From: Candidatus Krumholzibacteriia bacterium
Lineage (GTDB): Bacteria; Krumholzibacteriota; Krumholzibacteriia; WVZY01
DNA length: 17,496 nucleotides
Direction of reading: 5' to 3'
Assembly (NCBI GenBank): GCA_046754105.1
Contig: JBHHVD010000068.1
Coordinates: forward strand, 1 to 17,496
Position numbers and translations under genes: made by a program. Below the pieces are notes generated by a model. It was given only the letters and a program-made list of their open reading frames with translations, was not told the DNA's origin and ran no database searches. Within the stretch, counting starts at the first letter, position 1, and every line of letters begins with the position of its first letter. Below are positions 8,063 to 16,007 of the stretch, one piece after another.

Positions 8063-8091
8063 TTGACAGGCCGAGAATACGTATATATGAT
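8063..8091 (+). promoter_or_regulatory. sigma70 promoter of the thiolase/DUF35 operon
   Basis: TTGACA (8063-8068), 17 bp, TATGAT (8086-8091). Confidence 0.8.
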
Positions 8092-8099
8092 ATGCAGCG

Positions 8100-9242
8100 G
8101 TGAAAAAAATCAAGATCAAATCTGCCCACCTTACCCGCATTGGAGCCCTGTCCGCCGGCTACAGGACAACGACCATGGACGCCGTGCGCGGTGTGTTATC
8201 CACAGCCGACCTCGATCGCGTTTCCGACACCTACATCGCCTCCTACGCGCCGGCGGAGTTGTGCCGGATTGCGGACCCGTTTCGCGAGGTCACGCAGGCG
8301 ATGCAAACGGAGTTCCCGGCATTGCGGGCCACGCATCACGGGATGTTCAAGACAGGCGGCGAGGCGCTCTATCGCGCGCTGTCCGATATGAGCCGTGGTG
8401 GTGAGGGGGACGTCCTCGTCATCGGCTCTGAAAAGATGACCCGCGTTGGAACCGCGGAGGCAGCCGGCATCTTGTCGTGCAGGGAGAGCCCGCACGACTG
8501 CGCGTACGGAGCGACGCTGCCCGCGCTGGGAGCCCTGGTGACGCGCGCATACCTCAGCCGCCACCGTGTCCCGGAATCCGCGCTGCACCGCGTATCGGTC
8601 AAGAACCACCGCAACGGCGCCATCAACCCCAGGGCCCATTTCCAGACAGAGGTTACCCTGGACGAGGTGGCGTCGAGCCCGCTGGTGGCGGATCCGCTGC
8701 GGCGGTTGCACTGCGCCCCGCTTTCCGATGGGGCGGCGGCCGTCCTGCTCGGTTTCGGCCGGGGCAAGGTTGCGTTCATCGGTTGGGGGGAGGGGAGGGA
8801 CACGGCGATGTTTCAGGAGCGCTGCGACATCTCGAGTTTTCCCGCCGCGGCCCGTGCGAGCGAGGCGGCGCGAGCGATGGCCGGCGTAGCGCTCGACGAT
8901 GTCGACGTCGTGGAGATCCACGATGCGTTCTCTTCCTTCGAGCTGATCAACCTCGAGGCCATGGGATTCTACGCTCCGGGCACCGCGTGGCGGTCGCTGG
9001 AGGCGGGTGATCTCGAAATCGGCGGCAGGCGCGCGGTGAACCCGTCGGGAGGAATGAAGGCGCGCGGGCACCCCGTGGGCGCGACTGCGCTGACGGGTGC
9101 CGCGGAAATGGTCGACCAGCTCACCGGGTGTGCCGGGGTGCGCCAGCAACGCGGGGCGCGCGTGGGCATGATCCAGAGCGTGGGTGGGGTGTCGAGCGAG
9201 TGTTACGTTTTCGTTCTCGATGTATCGGAGGAGAAACCTTGA
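8100..9242 (+). CDS. Thiolase-family protein (SCP2/archaeal type), nucleophilic Cys replaced
   Basis: GSEKMT, VSVKNHRNGAINPRAHF, CAPLSDGAAAVLL, EIHDAF, NPSGGMKARGHPVGAT and QSVGG motifs. GMFKTGG occupies the position of xACxSGG. Confidence 0.85.
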   Translation: MKKIKIKSAHLTRIGALSAGYRTTTMDAVRGVLSTADLDRVSDTYIASYAPAELCRIADPFREVTQAMQTEFPALRATHHGMFKTGGEALYRALSDMSRGGEGDVLVIGSEKMTRVGTAEAAGILSCRESPHDCAYGATLPALGALVTRAYLSRHRVPESALHRVSVKNHRNGAINPRAHFQTEVTLDEVASSPLVADPLRRLHCAPLSDGAAAVLLGFGRGKVAFIGWGEGRDTAMFQERCDISSFPAAARASEAARAMAGVALDDVDVVEIHDAFSSFELINLEAMGFYAPGTAWRSLEAGDLEIGGRRAVNPSGGMKARGHPVGATALTGAAEMVDQLTGCAGVRQQRGARVGMIQSVGGVSSECYVFVLDVSEEKP

Positions 9243-9580
9243 CCGCCCCGAGCGATTTTCCGCCCCTGGATTTGTACCGCTGTGGAGCGGGGCACGCGTT
9301 TTTCAGCCGTCACGCGACGTGTCCCGTGTGTACGAGGGCCGTCGCGCCGTTCACGGACAGCGCCCGGGCCACCCTGGTCGGCCAGACCACGGTCCGCGTG
9401 AACCCCGGGGGCGAGCCGTTTCGCCTCGGACTGGCCGCGGTCGCCTGCGGGGCGCAGACGCTCTGTATTATCGACGCGGCGGTCGGCGACGGTGACGGAC
9501 AGCACGTGATGTTACGGGAGGAAAACGGATTGTACCACGCGTCCGACGGCGCTGGCAGCGCGGCGGAAACCAGCGAATAA
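9239..9580 (+). CDS. DUF35-like Zn-ribbon/OB-fold protein (thiolase partner)
   Basis: TTG start overlapping the thiolase TGA, RBS GGAGGAG. YRCGAGH...CPVC zinc ribbon followed by OB-fold-like strands (ATLVGQTTVRV...PFRLGLA). Confidence 0.75.
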   Translation: MTAPSDFPPLDLYRCGAGHAFFSRHATCPVCTRAVAPFTDSARATLVGQTTVRVNPGGEPFRLGLAAVACGAQTLCIIDAAVGDGDGQHVMLREENGLYHASDGAGSAAETSE

Positions 9581-9609
9581 CGGGGCTCTGCGCCGCTCCC
9601 GGCGGGACA

Positions 9610-11250
9610 TCACGGGCAGTCGTCCCCCGCGTGCCACTCGGGTAGATTGACAAAGAAGCCGATGGCGTTCGGTGCCACACCGCAGAACCTGCGATTCAAA
9701 CCGACGACCTCGTAGGGCGCCGCCAGAAAACAGATCGCCTGATCCGCGTATATCAACTTCTGGCACTGCGACCACAACCGCCGCGCCTCGGCGACGTCCA
9801 CAGTCGTCCGCGCCCGCCCGATCAAGGCGTCCACTTGCGGATTCTTGTAGCGCGACGCGTTGAACCCGCTCGGCGGCACCGCCGTGCTCAACCAGAAGGT
9901 CGACAGATCGACCCGCGTCCCGGTCTTCCACCCCAGGACGCAGCTCTCGAAGGTGCCCTTGATGACGCCGTCGATAAACGTGCCGAACTCGAGCACCCTG
10001 GCGTTGACCCTGATACCGACCCGCCGCAGGTACTCCTGTACCATGGTGACGATGTCCGCTCGCAACTGCACGCCCTGATTCGTGGTCATTTCGAACTCGA
10101 ACGGCCGCCCGTCCTTATCGAGCACCCCGTCACCGTCCGAGTCCGTCCACCCGCGCTCGGCGAGCACGGCTCGCGCGCGGTCGGGGTCGTAGGGCAGGCG
10201 CGTCATCCCAGGGTCGTGCGCCCACAGGATCGGGTGCACCGGGCTGTCCAGCACGCGTGCCATTCCACCCCACAGCGTCTGGATCATCTCGGGTATGTCG
10301 ATCGCCATGGCGAGGGCGCGCCGCACTTCTCGATCCCGGAAGAGCTCGTGTTCGAGGTTCCAGGCGATGTATTCCATGCTGCGTGACGGGTACCGGTAGA
10401 TCTTGATGTCGGGATGGTTCGCCTCCAGGTCTTTCGCCACGTCGATCGGCAGCGACTCCAGGCAATCGATGCCGCCGGTCTTCAGCATCGACACCAGTGT
10501 GGTCATGTCGGCCACGACGCGAAAGACGACCGTGTCGAGTCGAGGCCGCTCCCCGTCGTAATAGTCGGGGTTCCGTTCCAGCTCGATCAACTGGCCCGGC
10601 ACCCAGCGCGCGAGACGATAGGGTCCGTTTCCCACCGGTGCCCGTCCGAAATCAGCGGTCTGGAAACTGCTCCGCGGAATGTCGCGCGTCAGGTGTTGTG
10701 GCAGGATGACGCCGTCGTTGGCATCCATCAGCTGGTACGGGTACCGGTTCGTGAAATGGAATATAACCGTGTAATCGTCGATCACCTCGACGTCCCGTAT
10801 CGAATTCTTGATGTTGCGGCTCACCCAGGCGACGTCCTCGTCGCTCTGCAGCTGCCACGTGTGACGCACGTCCGCGGCGGTCACCGGCTCCCCGTCCTGC
10901 CACCGCACGTCTCGGCGCAGGTGAAACGTGATCGACATGCTGTCCGCGCTGAACGACCAGCGCTCGGCCAGGCGGGGCGTGAAGTTGAGGAAATCGCTCT
11001 GCTCGTCGAGCAGTTTGAGGTATATGAGATTGATGACGTCGTGACTTTGTACCGACGTGGCGGCGAGTGGATTGAGTGTCGTGGGCTCGCTTACGATACC
11101 TATAACGACCCCCGCCGGATCGTCCTGCGCGGTCCTTCCGCAGGAGGAAAAAAAGACGAGCGAGCATAGTAGCGCAACGATCGAGACACGACGGCCCGCG
11201 GCTCCGCCGTTCGCGCTCCGGCAGGGGGGAAGATGAATTCCGTTTTTCAC
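9610..11250 (-). CDS. ABC transporter family-5 (peptide/nickel-type) substrate-binding lipoprotein
   Basis: Lipobox VFFSSC; EPTTLNP, LAERW, WQDGEPVTAADV, PVGNGPY, VRRALAMAID and GWTDSDGDGVLDKDG motifs. Start uncertain; in-frame GTG 11250 chosen. Confidence 0.88.
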   Translation of the reverse strand: MKNGIHLPPCRSANGGAAGRRVSIVALLCSLVFFSSCGRTAQDDPAGVVIGIVSEPTTLNPLAATSVQSHDVINLIYLKLLDEQSDFLNFTPRLAERWSFSADSMSITFHLRRDVRWQDGEPVTAADVRHTWQLQSDEDVAWVSRNIKNSIRDVEVIDDYTVIFHFTNRYPYQLMDANDGVILPQHLTRDIPRSSFQTADFGRAPVGNGPYRLARWVPGQLIELERNPDYYDGERPRLDTVVFRVVADMTTLVSMLKTGGIDCLESLPIDVAKDLEANHPDIKIYRYPSRSMEYIAWNLEHELFRDREVRRALAMAIDIPEMIQTLWGGMARVLDSPVHPILWAHDPGMTRLPYDPDRARAVLAERGWTDSDGDGVLDKDGRPFEFEMTTNQGVQLRADIVTMVQEYLRRVGIRVNARVLEFGTFIDGVIKGTFESCVLGWKTGTRVDLSTFWLSTAVPPSGFNASRYKNPQVDALIGRARTTVDVAEARRLWSQCQKLIYADQAICFLAAPYEVVGLNRRFCGVAPNAIGFFVNLPEWHAGDDCP

Positions 11251-11254
11251 GGGT

Positions 11255-11425
11255 GGATAGAGACCTTCGGGACGCCTGCCACCGGCCCGCGGAGCGGCGG
11301 GTTCATTCGAGGGGGCTCCGAAGAGTCGCAGGTTCGCCGTTGGGTTGAACCCCCTCGTGCACGGGCCTCCGTGCGGCATTCTTGTTTCAAAACGTATACG
11401 ACCCGGTTTCTCCCGGGCGACCGCC
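11255..11425 (-). ncRNA. Candidate structured non-coding or leader RNA (family unassigned)
   Basis: Nested stems 11277-11282/11373-11378, 11284-11291/11360-11367 and 11308-11318/11347-11357, each with a G-U pair valid only on the minus strand. CUC-UUCG-GAG tetraloop at 11316-11325. Confidence 0.45.
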
Positions 11426-11503
11426 ACGCATCCTCTCGCGAACCGCGCTGCGGGGTCAAGCTGTTTTTTCCCGGCGCCCGGGCCGCCGCCGTACCGGCGG
11501 GGC

Positions 11504-12706
11504 TCAATCCACCCGGCAGACCAGGCCCGTCAGGTATTCCGACTCCGGGAACAGTGGATTGACCGGATGGTCACAGCTCTGTGCCAGGCGCTCGACGATT
11601 TGCAGATTGCGCCCCGCATCCAGGCTCGACCAGGCGACGACACGAGAGAAGCTCTCGAAGCCGACCGCTCCCGAGCACGAAAACGTCGCCAGGATGCCTC
11701 CCGGTGAGAGCAATTTCACGGCGACGAGGTTGATGTCTTTGTAGGCCCGCTCCGCCTTCGCCGCCTGCGCGCGCGTCTGCGCGAACCGCGGAGGGTCGAC
11801 TACGATCATATCGAAGGTCCTCGCCGCATCGCGATAGGTTCGCACGATGTTGAAGGCGTTTCCCTCGACCAGTTCGGCCGGCGCGTCCGTACCGGCATTG
11901 AGCTCGACGTTGCGCCGGGCCAGCGCCAGCGCGTCCGACGACGAATCGACCATGGTGACCGAGCCGGCACCCGCCGAGAGCGCGTGGATTCCAAAGCCCC
12001 CCGAGTAGCAGAACAGGTCCAGCACGTTTCTGCCCCGCGCGTAACGCGCGACCGACCGGCGATTCTCGCGCTGATCGATATAAAAACCGGTCTTGTGCCC
12101 CGATGCGATGTCGACCAGGAACCTCAACCCTCCCTCGTCCACTTCGAGTGCCGGCGGTGGCGAGGTTCCGGAGAGCGAACCGGTCACAGCGGCGAGCCCC
12201 TCGAGTCGCCGCCCGTCACCATCGCTGCGCTCGAAGATCCCTTCTGGCTTCAGGAGCTCTCCCAGCAGGCCGCACAGCAGCGGCTTTACGCGCTCGATTC
12301 CGGCGGTTAACGCCTGCAGGACCAGGTACCCGCCGTACCGGTCGACGACGAAACCCGGTAGTCCGTCGGCCTCCGCGTGGACGAGCCGGTACATGTTGGT
12401 TTCCCCGGGCCCCGGAGGTTGTCGCCGGCGGTCGATCGCCTGCTCGAGGCGGCGGCGCCACCATGCATCGTCGATGCGAGCCGATTCGGCGCCGTCGAGA
12501 AGACGTACCTGAATCTGGGACGCCGGGTTGAAGTAGCCCCAGGCCAGGAACGCACCGGCGTGATCGTTTACCCGCACCACGTCTCCGGCCGCGGGGTCGC
12601 CCTCGATGTTCGAGATCGCTCCCGAGAAAACCCACGGGTGCCGGCGGAGCACGCTTTTTTCGCGGCCCTTCTTCAACCCAACCACGGATGTTACGGAATC
12701 AGACAT
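11504..12706 (-). CDS. rlmI: 23S rRNA m5C1962 methyltransferase RlmI-like
   Basis: PUA-like N-terminus (RRHPWVFSGAI), YRLVHAEADGLPG, GHKTGFYIDQRENR, LDLFCYSGGF, DPPRF, FSCS and DHP motifs. Start overlaps the ychF stop by 8 nt. Confidence 0.9.
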   Translation of the reverse strand: MSDSVTSVVGLKKGREKSVLRRHPWVFSGAISNIEGDPAAGDVVRVNDHAGAFLAWGYFNPASQIQVRLLDGAESARIDDAWWRRRLEQAIDRRRQPPGPGETNMYRLVHAEADGLPGFVVDRYGGYLVLQALTAGIERVKPLLCGLLGELLKPEGIFERSDGDGRRLEGLAAVTGSLSGTSPPPALEVDEGGLRFLVDIASGHKTGFYIDQRENRRSVARYARGRNVLDLFCYSGGFGIHALSAGAGSVTMVDSSSDALALARRNVELNAGTDAPAELVEGNAFNIVRTYRDAARTFDMIVVDPPRFAQTRAQAAKAERAYKDINLVAVKLLSPGGILATFSCSGAVGFESFSRVVAWSSLDAGRNLQIVERLAQSCDHPVNPLFPESEYLTGLVCRVD

Positions 12707-13769
12707 TGAAACGGATGAACAGCGTGTCGCCGTCGCAAACCACGTAGTCGCGGCCTTTCACGGCGAGCTTGCCCGCCGATTTTACGTTGTCCTCGCTTCC
12801 CAACTCGTCGAGATCGGCGTATGAAATCACTTCCGCGCGTATGAACCCGCGCGCGAGATCGCTGTGGATCTTGCCGGCGGCATCCACGGCGGAAGAGCCG
12901 CGGCGGACGAACCACTGCCGCACTTCGTTCGGCGCGGCAGTGAAGAAAGAGATCAGCCCCAGGGCCTCGACACAGTGTGCCGTTAGCAGGTGCAGCGCGG
13001 TGTCCTCGATTCCCATTTCGCGCATGAATTCGTCGCGTTCCTCTGCGGTCTCCAGAGCCGCGATCTCGGACTCCATTTCCGCCGCGACCTGTACCAGGGT
13101 GGCCCCGGATCCGGAGAGCCGCGAGCGCAGCTCGTCCTCTAGCGCGTGATCTCCGACGTTACCGTCGGATACGTTCAGCACGATGACCATTTCCCGCCGT
13201 GACAGCAGTGGGTAGCTTTGGATCAGTTGTTCTTCCTCGGGCGCAATACGTGCCGTGCGCAGCGGCTTCTCCTGCTCCAGCAAACCCTTGAGCCGTATCA
13301 AAAGCTCTCGCTCCCGCTCCCCGGCCTCGTCCTTCTGTTTCATGAGATCCTTGGAGAGGCGCCCGAGACGTTTCTCGGTAAAGAGCAGGTCGTGCAGGAC
13401 GAACTCGGTGTTGACGAACGCTATGTCCCGCCACGCGTCCACCGAGCCTCGCACGTGGTAGACCGCATCGTTGGCGAACGCACGCACCACATGGCAGAAT
13501 ACCTCCACCCCGGCGAGGTCGTTGAAGATGTCCCCTTCGGTAACGGCGCGCTCCTCGATCGTCGGCGGCAGCAGGATGTCCATGCGCGCCCGCGACAGCT
13601 TTTTCGGCGAATAAATGGATACGATACGGTCGAAACGGGGATCCTGTACTTCCGCAACCCCCCGCAGCGTCTTGCGGGTGTCGCGTCCCGGCGCCGAGCC
13701 GGGCCCCACCAGGAGTTCGAACAGGGTTTTCTTGCCGGTCTGTGGCAGACCGATGATACCGATATTCAT
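12699..13769 (-). CDS. ychF: YchF-family (Obg-like) ATPase, divergent G-domain
   Basis: MNIGIIGLPQTGKKTLF, HVVRAF, and an intact C-terminal TGS/DUF933 domain (AAGKIHSDLARGFIRAEV...GRDYVVCDGDTLFIRFNV). Confidence 0.85.
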   Translation of the reverse strand: MNIGIIGLPQTGKKTLFELLVGPGSAPGRDTRKTLRGVAEVQDPRFDRIVSIYSPKKLSRARMDILLPPTIEERAVTEGDIFNDLAGVEVFCHVVRAFANDAVYHVRGSVDAWRDIAFVNTEFVLHDLLFTEKRLGRLSKDLMKQKDEAGERERELLIRLKGLLEQEKPLRTARIAPEEEQLIQSYPLLSRREMVIVLNVSDGNVGDHALEDELRSRLSGSGATLVQVAAEMESEIAALETAEERDEFMREMGIEDTALHLLTAHCVEALGLISFFTAAPNEVRQWFVRRGSSAVDAAGKIHSDLARGFIRAEVISYADLDELGSEDNVKSAGKLAVKGRDYVVCDGDTLFIRFNV

Positions 13770-13812
13770 GGCAGTTTCCCGCACGGGGGCCCCGTGCCTG
13801 GTCGACGGGTGA

Positions 13813-14118
13813 CTATTTTTCTATGAAGAGCTCGTCGCCCTCGACCGTCACCGGGTAGGTGTCAACGGGGGCCACGGCGGGAAGCTCGAGAGCCTCGCCC
13901 GTCTTTAAATCGAACACGGCGGCGTGGTCCGGGCATTGCACGCGACAGTCTTCCAGGAGTTCACCCTCCGACAGGTACGCCAGCGCGTGTGAACAGGTAT
14001 CCGCGATGGCATAGAATTCGCCGCCAACACTTGCAACCAGAACGGGGGATCCTTCTATGTCGAAGGACTTCATGCCCTCGGCGGGAATATCGGTGGTCTT
14101 GCAGACCTTGATTTTCAT
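13813..14118 (-). CDS. Rieske-type [2Fe-2S] ferredoxin
   Basis: CSH...LSEG and CPDH...FDLKTG Rieske motifs. RBS GAGGTG before ATG 14118. Confidence 0.92.
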   Translation of the reverse strand: MKIKVCKTTDIPAEGMKSFDIEGSPVLVASVGGEFYAIADTCSHALAYLSEGELLEDCRVQCPDHAAVFDLKTGEALELPAVAPVDTYPVTVEGDELFIEK

Positions 14119-14214
14119 GGGCACCTCTTGTCTCTCACGGGCTTCGCACCCGATACGCGTCTCTGTTATGGAGCCGATGCGCGCATTGCGCGCGCCCGTC
14201 GTGGCCCTCCTCGA

Positions 14215-15606
14215 TCAGGCCGCTTCCTTGACGGCGGCGATCAAATCGAGAATGGCTTTCTTGCCGTCGCCGAAATACATCAGGTTGTTGTCCGCCGCAA
14301 ACAACGGGTTGGGAATGCCGGCGAAACCGGGGCTCAGGCTTCGCTTGATGACGATGCTCGTCCGCGCCTTGTCCACGTCGATGATCGGCATCCCGGCGAT
14401 GGGGCTCTTGGGATCCGTCTTGGCAACCGGGTTGACCACGTCATTGGCACCGACGACGATCGCCACGTCCACCTGATCCATAGTGGGGTTGATCTCCGCC
14501 ATTTCTTTGAGCTTGTCGTAATCGACGTTCGCCTCGGCCAGCAGGACGTTCATGTGCCCCGGCATGCGCCCCGCCACCGGATGAATGGCGAACTCTACGT
14601 TGATGCCCCTGGATTCCAGCAGGTTGGCCAGGTCGCGCACGGCGTGCTGCGCCTGCGCGACGGCCATGCCGTACCCCGGTACGAAGACCACACGCTGGGC
14701 GGTGTCAAACAGCATCGCCACCTCTTCGGCCGACGTCGACTTGACCTTGCCGGCGTAGACCTCATCGGCGGTGGCCGAGCCCTCCGCCGGGGCGAGCGTA
14801 CCGAAGAGGACGTTGACCAGCGAACGGTTCATCGCCTTGCACATGATGCTGCTGAGAATGATCCCCGAGGCGCCAACCAGCGATCCGGCGATGATGAGCA
14901 CGTTGTTCGACAGCACGAACCCGGTCGAAGCCGCGGCCAGGCCCGAGTAGGAGTTCAGCAGCGCGATCACGACCGGCATGTCCGCCCCGCCGATCGGGAT
15001 TACCAGTAGTACGCCCAGAACCGACGACAAACCGACCAGCACCCAGTACATCATCGTGCTCGACGGGTCCCGGACGATCATCACGCCCGCCGCGAGGCAC
15101 GCGGCGGCCAGGATCGTGTTCACGACCTGCTGGCCGGGGAAGTGAATGGCGTTGCCGGAAATCACTTCCTGCAGCTTCCCGAAGGCGACTAGGCTGCCCC
15201 AGAACGTCACCGCCCCGATGAGTCCCGATGCGACGGTGGCAACGGTCAACTGCGACGACGTCACGCCGCCCAGCAACCCGGCCTCGATGAGAGCCGCGCC
15301 GGCCACCAGTACCGAGGCCCCGCCTCCGAAACCATTGAACAAAGCCACGAGCTGCGGCATGGCGGTCATCTGAATCTTGACGGCCAGGACGGCGCCGATC
15401 AAGGACCCCACGACCACGCCCGCGATAATCATTTCGAAGGTGACCACACGTCGGTCGATCAGCGTCACGACGATCGCAAGGAACATCCCCACCGCACCCA
15501 GCAGGTTGCCGCGGACCGCGGTCCGCGGGTGGGCCAGCCCCTTCAATCCGATAATGAAGAGCACCGATGCCACAAGATAGGTTAGATTGATTACGACATC
15601 CTGCAT
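14215..15606 (-). CDS. pntB: NAD(P) transhydrogenase beta subunit
   Basis: MTAMPQLVALFNGFGG, IGGADMPVVIALLNSYSG, VPGYGMAVAQAQH, IHPVAGRMPGHMNVLLAEA and GANDVVNP. Start MQDVVINL with RBS AAAGGA. Confidence 0.97.
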   Translation of the reverse strand: MQDVVINLTYLVASVLFIIGLKGLAHPRTAVRGNLLGAVGMFLAIVVTLIDRRVVTFEMIIAGVVVGSLIGAVLAVKIQMTAMPQLVALFNGFGGGASVLVAGAALIEAGLLGGVTSSQLTVATVASGLIGAVTFWGSLVAFGKLQEVISGNAIHFPGQQVVNTILAAACLAAGVMIVRDPSSTMMYWVLVGLSSVLGVLLVIPIGGADMPVVIALLNSYSGLAAASTGFVLSNNVLIIAGSLVGASGIILSSIMCKAMNRSLVNVLFGTLAPAEGSATADEVYAGKVKSTSAEEVAMLFDTAQRVVFVPGYGMAVAQAQHAVRDLANLLESRGINVEFAIHPVAGRMPGHMNVLLAEANVDYDKLKEMAEINPTMDQVDVAIVVGANDVVNPVAKTDPKSPIAGMPIIDVDKARTSIVIKRSLSPGFAGIPNPLFAADNNLMYFGDGKKAILDLIAAVKEAA

Positions 15607-15723
15607 TTCTTGATATCCTTTGCTAATTGGAGTGCTGTACCGGTACCCGGGCGATCGAGTCGCGTCGTTGCGTCGGCGGCTGCAATCGCCCATCGTTATG
15701 CCGCCGTCGGGCCGTTATGACGG

Positions 15724-16002
15724 TTACTTTCGCTTGAACATCTTCAACATCCGGTCCGTCACCAGGAATCCGCCCACGACGTTGATCGTCGCGAATACGA
15801 CCGCGGAGAAACCGAGTACCGTAGTCACGGTCGTGTGCTGCGAGCCGGCGGAGAGGATGGCGCCAATTAACGTAATGCCGGAAATCGCGTTCGACCCCGA
15901 CATGAGCGGGGTATGGAGGGTCGGCGGTACCTTGGTAATGACCTCGAACCCCACGAAAATGGCCAGCACGAAAATAGTGAAGGTTATGACGAGAGCTTCC
16001 AC
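15724..16002 (-). CDS. pntA2: NAD(P) transhydrogenase alpha subunit part 2 (membrane)
   Basis: KVPPTLHTPLMSGSNAISG and NVVGGFLVTDRMLKMF. GTG start with GGAGG RBS. Confidence 0.95.
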   Translation of the reverse strand: MEALVITFTIFVLAIFVGFEVITKVPPTLHTPLMSGSNAISGITLIGAILSAGSQHTTVTTVLGFSAVVFATINVVGGFLVTDRMLKMFKRK

Positions 16003-16007
16003 TGTTT

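Noticed and set aside
11295..11360. HDV-like ribozyme, SRP RNA, c-di-AMP or guanidine riboswitch identity for the structured RNA
   Set aside because: Only fragments resemble them (CGAAUGAACCC, GCCCGGGAGA); the required cores (P3/L3 UCC, GGAAGCAG, GGGAYAAAAGCCC) are missing.
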